Below, piece after piece: positions 54,653-64,000 of a stretch of 64,000 nt of DNA. The translations under genes and the position numbers were made by a program. Every line of letters begins with the position of its first letter. Position 1 is the stretch's first letter. Origin of the DNA: a virus; the IMG/VR virus record IMGVR_UViG_3300025132_000022, positions 32,001-96,000 of that record; one strand, 5' to 3'. Under the pieces are notes generated by a model. It had not been told where the DNA came from. It saw nothing but the letters and a program-made list of their open reading frames with translations, and made no database searches.

Positions 54653-57600
54653 TTAACATATTAAATTCACTTTTTTATTTTCTTGATCTTCTGTGAGTTT
54701 AACATTAAAAGTTACATCTATGTCTACTTCTTTTCCTGTGTCCTTACTTCTAACTCTTATTTTAAACTTTTTCTTCCAAAGTTTTTCTTGTAAATTGGGT
54801 CCAATCAGACTAAGTGAATCCAATCCTTGCTTAAATTCTGAAAACTGTCCGCTGCCTAAATTTAACGTTCTTTGTTCAAAATTAGGTTTTAACATTATGA
54901 ATTGTCTCATTTCAGCGGCAGATTGTTCTTTTTCTAACCTTGCCGCCTCAAGGTCAGCAGCATTCACAATTTTGTGAGACAGTCGCACGGCGTCATTTAC
55001 CTTCACCAATTCAACTTCATGTATGTGCCCTGGGTTTGAAATTTTACCATGTATATCCCTGCACCTAAATAAGTAATAATATTTAACGTTTGGCGAAATT
55101 GCATCGGTGATTGTCGCATTGTCTGCTGTGGAATTTATCGTCTTTATATTCTGGTCAAAGAAATCTTGCAAAGATTCAGGATATCGAGACAGTCTGAAGA
55201 TTTCAAATATCTTTGTTGGGTCGTCTGACCTATGTTGAATCAACATTGCGTTTGCTGGATCATTTACTATTTGATTTTCTATAGACGTTAGATCAAAATC
55301 TTCTTCAGTGTCTATAAGACCTTGATTTAGCGCTGCCAAGGCATACATTTCGGTATCTGAATCTAGTAAAATAACTGGAGGCGCTCTGTACTCTCCTCCG
55401 TTTTGTCTTAGTGTAATAGATATTCTGTTGTCCACGTTCTTGAATGGTACTATTTCTACATCTGGAAAAACTGGTGGAGAGTCTATAACCACTGTTCTTT
55501 TTTGCGTTGTCGGTACTAGGCATATCTTCAGACATGGCAAGTTCCTTATGCCAAAAGGCATGTCGAACTTTCCAGTAGGAGATAATTTTTCGGATGAGAC
55601 AGCAAACGCTCTGGCAAAGTTACCCACACAGTTGTGGTACGTATACTTGTTTCCAACAATGGCAACAATTCTGTTTATTCTGTACTCATATACCTGACCG
55701 TACTTAACCTGACTATCAACGAATCTTTCTACTTCCCTGTCATTGTTCGCCATTATGTAGAAGTTTGATATCAATTCGCTTCCCTTATACTTTTCGATCA
55801 TAAATCCCAAAAGTTCGTTCTTGGCGGGAACTCCATTCAGGACTTGGTCATAACTTCTCACTGAGTTATTGACAAAATTAGTTATCTGCATTTTCATCTT
55901 CAGTAACCGAAATATTAGTGAAAATTTCTCTATAGGACTCATACTTGGTCTGTTTGTCATCCTTTCAAAGAACGGGGCCCACCAATCAGAAAAGTCTATC
56001 ATCCTTGTCGGCATTGGAATCGTGTCAGAATGTGTTATGAGATTCTGTGGAACAACTTCAGCAGTCTGATTGAGGGAAGTTTGAACTGCCTGGTCTATGT
56101 AACTCGCTGGTGTGGTGTCCATTGTTCTCTCTGGTGCTTGTGATATTGCTTCCATTAAGTCTATCAAGATCGACTTGTCTCCATCGTGCGAGAGGGCGGT
56201 TGCAATTGTTGATCGTTTTATCTTGCCAAATTCCATTTCGACAAACATCGGATTCATGTACCTTTGCTCGTAAAGGTCGTCCAAAGTCTGTCTTGGTATC
56301 GATGACAGCAAGATGTTCTTGTCTTTGTTGTCAGGTATGAGTCCGTAATAATCTGCCATATGCACAGCAAACGCCCGTGCAGATTCGTCCGTGCCGTCTG
56401 ACATCTGCTGTATTAGTCTAAACTGCTCATTTTGAACTTCCACATCAGATGCCTCACTGGGCGTAATGTCAGACAGGGATGATAGATTGTAGAACCTATC
56501 GGCAGCAAGCAGTCTCGCAAACCTTAAATCATCAAAATCCTCTGGCAGGAATGTTGACAACCCCTCCTTTCTTGAATTTGATAAAGCCTTCGCCAAGGTC
56601 GTTCCCTGGTACGGTGACGGTAGTTCTAGTTCGGACACCACATCAGAAATCACATCCTCGTACAAGCAGTCGTAATAAGAATATACTGGTCTTATGTCAA
56701 AATACGCATCACTGCCCACATCAACAAAGTCTGACTCTTCCTTTGTCAGCAAATCTGTCACATTTGCAGTATAGTCAGAGAAAACAGTATTACCAGTGTA
56801 CACAACGCCGCTAGATATTGCGACGGACATCGGGTCTGTAGACGACTCTTCAGAGAAGTTTTTAGTTCCGTAAAAAGGAATTACAGGAAAAAGGTTGAGA
56901 CTCTTGCCGTCGGCAATTGATCTGTATGATGGTGATGTATATATGTTTCTCCAGTGTAGCGGGTTTCCTTGCGTTGCTGCTAGGCGTCGGGCGTTTTCTA
57001 TGAAAAGGGAATTAGCGCTGTTTCTCATAATTCCCATGTCCTCTAAGATCTGTTCTGAAACATGTCCGTAAAAATAGTCTGACCACACCCAATCTTTGTT
57101 TGATGATTTCTCACACTCTATAACATAAACTTCGTTCTTTACCTTAAACCCTAGACTATTTTCCAACATCGGATTCGTCTGTGCTTCTTCGTAGAATTGC
57201 CAGTTTGAGGTGTCTGACGAAAATTGAGCATAAGGTTTCTCTTCACTGACCAGACTAAAATACGCTCTCTTCGCTGCATCAAAGTGAAACATCCCCCACC
57301 TTAACTTATTTCCGAACCCTGGCCTGCTATTAATAAAATATAGATCTGCACCCCTTGAGGCGTGATATGCTTTCACATCCTGAATGCTTCTATAATCCTT
57401 CGGCCCTTCCAAGTGACCTGCATTAAACCACACCTTATCAGACACCCAACGAACATTGTCCTGTATGTCCAGTGTCTCTTTTTGTTGGTTTAAAATCTTG
57501 GGAACGTTGGACGGAAATCGGTAAGGTGTTGCAATCGGCGTGAAGGCCAACAATTCTTTAGGTTTTGCCTTAAACTTTTGTGTCTCCCTATCAACGTTGT

Positions 57601-58012
57601 CTGTACCTTCGCCAGTTATTGTGCCGTTATGAAAAATCCATGTGCTCTTCTCAGCAGAAAAAAGATTTGTCACAACTGGCGTTAGAGTTATATCATCTTC
57701 CAGGAGAATGTCTGTTCCAGGTAACCCTGGTCTTATGTCTTCGTTCACTTTCTTGGCGATGTTGTAGGCGGCCGCGGCGCGTAACTGTCCGCCGAAACCA
57801 AGTTCCTCTGCGGTCTCTGCCACAAATCTAACCTGCTCTTCCATATTGACCTGCATGCCGCCCTGGGTTATATTGGGTTCTGCGGAACCTGCTAATAAAT
57901 TTCCTCCAGGTAAGGATGATGGAATTCCAGGAATTTGGAATTCAGGAGAAACTTCGTCTTCTTCCTCTTCTTCCTCAATCTGTTCTCTGATGTCACACGT
58001 CTCTTCTACCAT
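54653..58012 (-). CDS. Large virion structural protein (1119 aa)
   Basis: Long ORF in the structural cluster; FN3-like FVDSQVKYGQVYEY and YYYLFR motifs. Confidence 0.6.
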   Translation of the reverse strand: MVEETCDIREQIEEEEEEDEVSPEFQIPGIPSSLPGGNLLAGSAEPNITQGGMQVNMEEQVRFVAETAEELGFGGQLRAAAAYNIAKKVNEDIRPGLPGTDILLEDDITLTPVVTNLFSAEKSTWIFHNGTITGEGTDNVDRETQKFKAKPKELLAFTPIATPYRFPSNVPKILNQQKETLDIQDNVRWVSDKVWFNAGHLEGPKDYRSIQDVKAYHASRGADLYFINSRPGFGNKLRWGMFHFDAAKRAYFSLVSEEKPYAQFSSDTSNWQFYEEAQTNPMLENSLGFKVKNEVYVIECEKSSNKDWVWSDYFYGHVSEQILEDMGIMRNSANSLFIENARRLAATQGNPLHWRNIYTSPSYRSIADGKSLNLFPVIPFYGTKNFSEESSTDPMSVAISSGVVYTGNTVFSDYTANVTDLLTKEESDFVDVGSDAYFDIRPVYSYYDCLYEDVISDVVSELELPSPYQGTTLAKALSNSRKEGLSTFLPEDFDDLRFARLLAADRFYNLSSLSDITPSEASDVEVQNEQFRLIQQMSDGTDESARAFAVHMADYYGLIPDNKDKNILLSSIPRQTLDDLYEQRYMNPMFVEMEFGKIKRSTIATALSHDGDKSILIDLMEAISQAPERTMDTTPASYIDQAVQTSLNQTAEVVPQNLITHSDTIPMPTRMIDFSDWWAPFFERMTNRPSMSPIEKFSLIFRLLKMKMQITNFVNNSVRSYDQVLNGVPAKNELLGFMIEKYKGSELISNFYIMANNDREVERFVDSQVKYGQVYEYRINRIVAIVGNKYTYHNCVGNFARAFAVSSEKLSPTGKFDMPFGIRNLPCLKICLVPTTQKRTVVIDSPPVFPDVEIVPFKNVDNRISITLRQNGGEYRAPPVILLDSDTEMYALAALNQGLIDTEEDFDLTSIENQIVNDPANAMLIQHRSDDPTKIFEIFRLSRYPESLQDFFDQNIKTINSTADNATITDAISPNVKYYYLFRCRDIHGKISNPGHIHEVELVKVNDAVRLSHKIVNAADLEAARLEKEQSAAEMRQFIMLKPNFEQRTLNLGSGQFSEFKQGLDSLSLIGPNLQEKLWKKKFKIRVRSKDTGKEVDIDVTFNVKLTEDQENKKVNLIC

Positions 58013-58043
58013 ATCTTAAGTATACCTCACAAACTTTTAATTT

Positions 58044-61000
58044 TTAATAACCATAACCACCCAGTCTGGGCCCGCTGCTTCCCGATCGTCCCATGTTGGG
58101 TGTTCGTCCACGACTACGTGATGAACTCCGTGACGCACTTGAGGTTCTAGGTGCCGCTCTAAAGTTACCCATACTAGTGGAGGCACTTGCCCTGGTCGTA
58201 CCTACTCTACTTGTACTTGTTCTACTTGTACTTGTTCTACCCGTGCTTCTAGATCCGCGCGTGAGATTCTTTCGACCCGATGATTGTACAGACTTCTTAG
58301 TTCTGTTTGTTCGAGTGGACGTTCGCGTTGTCGTGTTTCTACTACCACCAAGAGGACCCGTTCCACCTAATCCGCTGCCCATTCCGCCTAGTCCAGCACC
58401 AACAGCGCTCTTCACAGCACCTATGGCGGGCGACACTGGAAAACTAGTTAACACCTTGCTCATGGGTCCTGGAAAAGAGGATGGAAATTTTGGAAATTTC
58501 TGAATCTGTGGTATTTGTGTCGGCAATGACGGGAAAGAACTAGTAAACACTCTTCCAGATTCTGCAAAAATTGCACCAGCAGGAAAGTTTGGCAAAGTTA
58601 CTTGTGGTAACTGAGGTATCCTAATTGGCGGCAGTGGTTGGATGTCATTAAACAACCCTGGGTAGAGCCCCTCTTCTCTAATAAATCTGTTATCTTCGTT
58701 GCTGATCTCATTACCAGTTGGTCTGTTGTCGACAATTCCACAAGTTGCAATGTTGGAACTTACAAATTCCTCAATATTCAAGTCAGATAAGGAAGTCTCG
58801 GCGCGTAGAAGATCTTCGATCGAGTTGGAGTACTGAAATGCGCCATCTAGCATCTCTTCTGTTATCGAACTTAGAAAACTAAAATACCCAGGAAAAGATG
58901 AACCTCGCGATTGAGAAGAGGCAGGAGTTACAGGTTCCGCGTTTACCGCACCGAGGACAGAATTTGTTGCTTGTGGTCCATTTCTAATGTTCATCAGGTT
59001 CAGTTCTTGAACGAAATTACTTATCAACTTTCCATCGCTTGGCGTAGCTAGGATAAACCTCTTCAACTTGTATCTTCTTTTAAACGGTTTTTTCTTTCGT
59101 TTATTTCCTTTTCTCTTTTGCTCGTGGTATGCCTTTATCTTACCCTGACGCTCAAGGTCTTCCGCCTTCTGGCGGGCACGGCGGGCAGATTCCTCCCTTT
59201 TCATTTCTTTTTCATCAAAAAATACCTCATCGTCGCCAATGATAATTGATAACGGAGTCATCCTTGCCGTTGCTGCTTCAATCGCTGCACCAGGGAACCT
59301 GCTTCTTTCGAGTGCCAACCTGTCTCGATATACTTGATCTGATATCCGTGGTATACCCAGTCCTTTTTGTAGGTCGCCGTCTCTCCAGTACCTAAAGAAC
59401 ACGCGTTGAAGTGGACTCATGTCGATATAATTGTCACTCTCTGTTGGAGATCCATCTTCATTTTCGTCTACGCCCGAAAACCACCTTTGCATAGTCAAAG
59501 TATTATCGCCTCTTGCCTTGTATCCACTACCTTCAGTACTTAATGAGTAAGTGTACCCAATGTCAAAATAATCCTCCAGATCCATAACCAGGTCTTGGTA
59601 TGTTTTTATAAAAGACCTTATCGTCTCAGGGCGGGCATTTGACGGATTAATCATGTTGTAAAGTGATTCGGCTGCTGAAGTCATGGTCATCGACTCTTGA
59701 GACATCAGCAAATCTAATGGAGTTGCTCTGATGCCAGCGGCATTACCTTCATTGACCATACCTCTTTCGCCATCATTACCCTGAACTGGGTTAGAGTAGT
59801 TATATAAACTGACTTCAGACTTCGCAAACGCTATCTCAATTATATCAATGTAATTGTCAACAAAACCTTGTAATCCATACTTTCTCTTTGACTTTGTAAC
59901 AAAATCCTTAGTGAAGGTGTTGGTTACTGCATCGTAGTTTCCTTGCTGGACCGACTCGCCATACTGTGGCGGATCTCTGACATCATCTAAACTTATCGGT
60001 TGATTTGGATCAGGTTTTATTATCATCCTTGAATCAAAAACTGGGATTGATGCTTCCTGTAGGTACAAGTTCAACTGTTGCAAATTCCTTCTTGCGACTT
60101 GCAGCAAGTTTATAAATCGATCCTTTGTGGGATCCTTCACCCTCAACTTGACCCCATATTGAAATACCGCACCTGTTCCCAAGTAATCAGCAACCTCCCT
60201 GTCTTCAACAAAAAATCTTCTCTTTATGATCCCTGCAAAACCAGGGACCTGCACTTCCATTATCTTCGAATCGCCATCCTCTTTTGTTGCAACTTTTCTG
60301 TTGCCGCCCAATGAGATCGAGGCGTTTTGACCGCTGGTGGCGACTATAAAATCCTCCTCCTCAACTTGATCAAAAGGGATTCTAGTGAGAGATCCCAACC
60401 TGTTGTTACCCAGCAACCTTTTCGTAACTCTCCTTCTCACAACTGTAATTTCCAGAATATCCAAAAGCGCAGGATATCCAAACATAATATTCGCCTGGTT
60501 AGACTTGACCAGATCATAATATCTGGTATGCTCATAAATGGACGGTAGATCAATTGTGAACTCGATGTTTGCAACCTTTTCCATCCTATCGAAATCTACT
60601 ACAACGTCCTCAACATCAAAAAAGTCTTTATTCGACTTTTCAATCAAGTCCAGAGAAGGTATCGAACTGTCAAAGGTTTGCAGAGATGGAGGTTGATAGT
60701 TTGTTTCCTGTAGTCTTTGGAACGATCTAAAGTCCTGTATCTTAGTTAACGGAACTTGGCGTGATATCAATGACCGACTGTTATCCTTGTGCATTAGACC
60801 CGTCATTATACTTCCGTCACCCATGGTGTGGACGGGTCCATAGTACGGTTGATTTGTTATTGCATCCTTGTACACCAAGGCAGTGGACTCCACAAGTCCG
60901 TCTCTAGTTATCGTGTCCGCCACAAGGTCGCCTGTTACATACCCCAACCTTCTAATCTCGTCAGGTGTAATTTCATCCAAACTAAGGGATTCAAAATCAA

Positions 61001-61655
61001 AATATGTAAAACAGACCAAGGACAAATCCTTGCACATACCGAACTCTTCGGTCTCTACCTTAAATGTATGAGCGTACGGTATGACGTTTATGAGATTGTT
61101 ATTAAGGTCATATTCTTGATACTGTGAATTTCTGACTTCAAACCCTATGGTTTCTGGTCTTGCATCCTTTATCTCAAGAAGTACCCTGTTCTCTTCGCGA
61201 TTCAAGTTTTGTACTGCCTGTTTTAAGTATTGCTCAAACGATGGCATCGTAGACGGAAGATTTACTCGCCATCCGAAGGCACTAAAATTTCTTATCGTAT
61301 TGAACACAGTCTCAAAAACAGAATTATCGCTAAAAAGCATTACAGCAATTTTAAGAGATGATAGCACCTCATCTTGCACCTGGTTCGCATCTTCTTCTGG
61401 ATTTTGATTGTTTGTGATAACACCAAGTCCTTCTTCCGAAAGCACATCCTTAATTTGAAAATCAACAGTTATTGCGGTGCCTGGTGCTTTAACCTTTCGT
61501 AACACCCTCCTTCTGCGGGTATTCCTAAATTCTAACTTAGAAATTTGAGTGTCCTCTAAGGTAATTCTACGAGTATAAACTTTTGGTAAAAATTGACCTA
61601 CAATGTCATCTGAATTCTTAAACCGCTCAGTCATCACACGCTCCCATGACGTCAT
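58044..61655 (-). CDS. Large virion protein (about 1200 aa; probable start 61634) with disordered R/S/T/G-rich tail
   Basis: Long ORF; YYGPVH...MTG..H motif; low-complexity C-terminus ending GGYGY. Confidence 0.65.
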   Translation of the reverse strand: MTSWERVMTERFKNSDDIVGQFLPKVYTRRITLEDTQISKLEFRNTRRRRVLRKVKAPGTAITVDFQIKDVLSEEGLGVITNNQNPEEDANQVQDEVLSSLKIAVMLFSDNSVFETVFNTIRNFSAFGWRVNLPSTMPSFEQYLKQAVQNLNREENRVLLEIKDARPETIGFEVRNSQYQEYDLNNNLINVIPYAHTFKVETEEFGMCKDLSLVCFTYFDFESLSLDEITPDEIRRLGYVTGDLVADTITRDGLVESTALVYKDAITNQPYYGPVHTMGDGSIMTGLMHKDNSRSLISRQVPLTKIQDFRSFQRLQETNYQPPSLQTFDSSIPSLDLIEKSNKDFFDVEDVVVDFDRMEKVANIEFTIDLPSIYEHTRYYDLVKSNQANIMFGYPALLDILEITVVRRRVTKRLLGNNRLGSLTRIPFDQVEEEDFIVATSGQNASISLGGNRKVATKEDGDSKIMEVQVPGFAGIIKRRFFVEDREVADYLGTGAVFQYGVKLRVKDPTKDRFINLLQVARRNLQQLNLYLQEASIPVFDSRMIIKPDPNQPISLDDVRDPPQYGESVQQGNYDAVTNTFTKDFVTKSKRKYGLQGFVDNYIDIIEIAFAKSEVSLYNYSNPVQGNDGERGMVNEGNAAGIRATPLDLLMSQESMTMTSAAESLYNMINPSNARPETIRSFIKTYQDLVMDLEDYFDIGYTYSLSTEGSGYKARGDNTLTMQRWFSGVDENEDGSPTESDNYIDMSPLQRVFFRYWRDGDLQKGLGIPRISDQVYRDRLALERSRFPGAAIEAATARMTPLSIIIGDDEVFFDEKEMKREESARRARQKAEDLERQGKIKAYHEQKRKGNKRKKKPFKRRYKLKRFILATPSDGKLISNFVQELNLMNIRNGPQATNSVLGAVNAEPVTPASSQSRGSSFPGYFSFLSSITEEMLDGAFQYSNSIEDLLRAETSLSDLNIEEFVSSNIATCGIVDNRPTGNEISNEDNRFIREEGLYPGLFNDIQPLPPIRIPQLPQVTLPNFPAGAIFAESGRVFTSSFPSLPTQIPQIQKFPKFPSSFPGPMSKVLTSFPVSPAIGAVKSAVGAGLGGMGSGLGGTGPLGGSRNTTTRTSTRTNRTKKSVQSSGRKNLTRGSRSTGRTSTSRTSTSRVGTTRASASTSMGNFRAAPRTSSASRSSSRSRGRTPNMGRSGSSGPRLGGYGY
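58207..58240. repeat. 15-nt tandem repeat (ctacttgtacttgtt x2.3) encoding RTSTS repeats
   Basis: Read directly from the sequence. Confidence 0.8.
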
Positions 61656-62685
61656 CTATTGAAAGTACTGGGATATCTTCACCACCCCTGTCCTGATTTC
61701 GTCGTGCACTGATGGCGGATCTCATCTGGTTCTTAAGTTTAGTTGGATTCAGACCGCCAAATCCAACCTCGTATTCTTCGGCAATTTCCTCGTCTATAAG
61801 GAAGTCGAAATAGTCTTCAATATATTCTCTAGAGGCCACTTGAGAACTATTTCTGTTTGTATAAATTCTCTTTAGCGACTCCACCTCTTCACTGCCGCTT
61901 TTGGTTTTCACCTCTTTCAATTCCACCTCAAAGAACTCAACTTCAAAATTCTGCTTCTTATAATCAACGGCTCGCTCAATCATACTTATGATTAATCCAC
62001 TGTCCTCGACTTCAAGTCTCATATGGTCAGTGAAAGTTATCTCGTTTTCGATCCCACTAAAAGCGGCCGCGAAGTCATCGCTAGTGAAACCATAATCTGG
62101 ATCTTCTGTTGATAGCGGTTTTGCGTTGAGTTTGTAATCGACCTCCACATTCAGCACTGGTCTCTTTATACCAACATTTGGTGAAGACGAACTTATGTTA
62201 ACTGATTTTATCTCCCCGTCCAGAATACTCTCTATATCCCAAGATGGTGCGGACTGTTCACCCACTACAGAATTACCTATCATATTTCTAAGTAAGTTTC
62301 TATCGTCAGCGCCCATCTTTTCCACAGTCAAATGATCACTGCCGTAAATGTCTCCCGCTGGAAGTTCCTCAATTCTGCCTGTTTTTCTAGCTTGCCACCC
62401 CAATCCTCTTTTTTTAACTATCTCATGTCCATTCAAGGCAAGAACTCTTGACTCCACGCCATCATGTTCGTACATTGTCTTGAATCTTTGAGTGTCTTTC
62501 TGTATTCTGTTCGATGTCTGCTTGCCTTTTTCTGGACTACCGTCTGCATATTCTACATTGTATAATATTTCATCATCCGAAAAAACATAAAAAACTGGTT
62601 TGAACCTACCTTTTGATAGAAGATATTTGCCCAACTGAGTCAACTCGATATCAATAACTTCTTCTTTCTTATTAAAAAACGACAT
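61627..62685 (-). CDS. Baseplate/tail-collar structural protein (352 aa)
   Basis: IELTQLGKYLLSKG.FKP.FY.FSDDEILY shares its N-terminal motif with 53572-54615. Confidence 0.6.
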   Translation of the reverse strand: MSFFNKKEEVIDIELTQLGKYLLSKGRFKPVFYVFSDDEILYNVEYADGSPEKGKQTSNRIQKDTQRFKTMYEHDGVESRVLALNGHEIVKKRGLGWQARKTGRIEELPAGDIYGSDHLTVEKMGADDRNLLRNMIGNSVVGEQSAPSWDIESILDGEIKSVNISSSSPNVGIKRPVLNVEVDYKLNAKPLSTEDPDYGFTSDDFAAAFSGIENEITFTDHMRLEVEDSGLIISMIERAVDYKKQNFEVEFFEVELKEVKTKSGSEEVESLKRIYTNRNSSQVASREYIEDYFDFLIDEEIAEEYEVGFGGLNPTKLKNQMRSAISARRNQDRGGEDIPVLSIDDVMGACDD

Positions 62686-62694
62686 TCACTTTCC

Positions 62695-64000
62695 TCAAAT
62701 ACTGATATTAGGTATGGCTGATCTCGACTGGCGAGGTGCTCTCAATCCTTCAGTGTCTAACTCTGCTCTCCTAAACCTAACTTCGGCACTAATATTAACT
62801 AGTTCGATTAACGAAAAGTAATCATACGGCCAATTAAAACCGTACTCGAAGACATCATTTTCTACATTCAGCGCTCGCTCTGGGTGGTTCAAAGGCAACC
62901 TGTCTCTGATTTTCTTCTTGAAGTAGTTTGCTTGCGCCTTTTGCTTGACCTTGAAAACTATCCACTGCACGTCTTCATCCAGTTCTCCATTGTTTAGCAA
63001 GAAACTATCTTCTCTATCTCCCAATTCATGAAAAATTGCATTCGAACTTAAAACTCGACTGCCGTCAGCGCCGCCGAAAGTATCATCGCCGATGCTTGGT
63101 GACACGTTTTGCCATATTTTTGCAAGATCATCTCTCGTCAAAGTAACCGAAAACTCGAATAAATACATCGCAAATGGTTCGATATATTTTGTTTGTGGAT
63201 TATTGTACTTCAAGAAGTTGAACTGAGGTGGAATATTGAATTCCAACATAGATTTAACCATCTTAAAGATTGAACGTCTGGGTGTAACTACTCTGGGTGG
63301 ATCAGGCAATCTATCATTAGACGCTGGGCCAGGTAAGGTACCGCCCGATCTTCTAACCGCTTCAACATCCAAGATGTTCGCGTTGTCTCTCTGAGATCTC
63401 CTGCCCTCTTCCGTGTCAATTTGATAGTTCTTAAATCCTAGATTTCTAACTGACTGATATACTTCATCTTTCGGTAGTTTGAAAAACTTTCTTTCCCCGT
63501 TGACTGTCCTAAACGGTATTGCTACGATTGCTTCTTTTATTGTACGAGAGTCTGCGAGTTGACCTACCGTCTGCGTTTCGTTGTCTATGCCCAACAACTT
63601 TGACAGATCACTAGACCCGTTTCCTGGGATGACTCTAACTGACGGTCTCTTTCTAGTTCTGTGTGATCCCGTCTGGTGCCAAACCCCTCTCACTCTTGGC
63701 AAGTGTTGTATAGTCTTTGATGTCCTTGGCTGATCGATGTCGTCATAAGCAACTCTGGAAAAGTCAAATGTAGGACATTCGAACTTACTTTGGATCACAA
63801 TGGAGGACCTATCGGGCAACACTGTTCCATCCGTGTCGTAACTTTGTACAAGAGAGTTGTCCGACTTCAACTGAAGTCCATTGAAACTTTCTGAAAGTTG
63901 CATTGCATGAGCCCTGTTATAAGATCCAACCACTGTGTTGAATCGATCACTTTCGTTGGAGACGAATCCACTCGATTTTGATGAAATCGATCCCGTGGCA
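62695..64000 (-). CDS. Partial large structural protein (C-terminal part; 5' end outside the window)
   Basis: Frame open from the window edge; ends YGFNWPYDYFSLIEL. Confidence 0.65.
   Translation of the reverse strand, partial: ATGSISSKSSGFVSNESDRFNTVVGSYNRAHAMQLSESFNGLQLKSDNSLVQSYDTDGTVLPDRSSIVIQSKFECPTFDFSRVAYDDIDQPRTSKTIQHLPRVRGVWHQTGSHRTRKRPSVRVIPGNGSSDLSKLLGIDNETQTVGQLADSRTIKEAIVAIPFRTVNGERKFFKLPKDEVYQSVRNLGFKNYQIDTEEGRRSQRDNANILDVEAVRRSGGTLPGPASNDRLPDPPRVVTPRRSIFKMVKSMLEFNIPPQFNFLKYNNPQTKYIEPFAMYLFEFSVTLTRDDLAKIWQNVSPSIGDDTFGGADGSRVLSSNAIFHELGDREDSFLLNNGELDEDVQWIVFKVKQKAQANYFKKKIRDRLPLNHPERALNVENDVFEYGFNWPYDYFSLIELVNISAEVRFRRAELDTEGLRAPRQSRSAIPNISI

Noticed and set aside
58093-58503. 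Plus-strand 136-aa hydrophobic ORF resembling a membrane protein
   Set aside because: The LVLV runs are the reverse complement of the RTSTS repeats; no supporting expression signals
1-64000. Alternative genetic code (stop-codon reassignment, as in some large phages)
   Set aside because: Core genes are full length in the standard code, and TAA, TAG and TGA all terminate genes at tight junctions
1-64000. CRISPR array, tRNAs, DGR/retron, integrase, introns or inteins
   Set aside because: Intergenic gaps are too short; no spaced repeats, cloverleafs, RT motifs or intein termini were seen; terL, recA, primase and capsid are uninterrupted

Overview
A 64 kb slice of a large T4-like (contractile-tailed) dsDNA phage genome. 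Essentially all genes lie on the minus strand, are densely packed with stop/start overlaps, use the standard genetic code and mostly have clear Shine-Dalgarno sites. In transcription order (right to left) the window holds: large baseplate/virion proteins; a J-domain protein; RuvC-like resolvase; primase; a single-chain Mre11-Rad50 (SbcD-SbcC, gp47-gp46) fusion; a holin plus spanin-like pair; terminase; portal; prohead protease; phage-encoded ribosomal protein bS21; a LamG protein; scaffold; major capsid; neck proteins; two paralogous tail terminators; two paralogous fibre proteins; sheath; tube; a tail chaperone with a probable frameshift; two paralogous tape-measure proteins; tube initiator; LysM wedge; hub; a minimal PolA-like protein; a degenerate tubulin/FtsZ-like protein; thymidine kinase; gp32-like SSB; and RecA/UvsX. 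A recurring ACTANTTA motif is the probable late promoter, and several intrinsic terminators are visible. The most notable observations are the systematic pairwise duplication of tail components, the coupled mini-PolA/tubulin-like pair, bS21 in an SD-rich genome, an unannotated 16-aa Cys-Cys peptide with a hairpin before the prohead protease, and a pervasive [ST]-G-[ST] motif in virion proteins. I saw no tRNA, CRISPR array, integrase or reverse transcriptase. All calls come from motif recognition by eye; no database searches were run.
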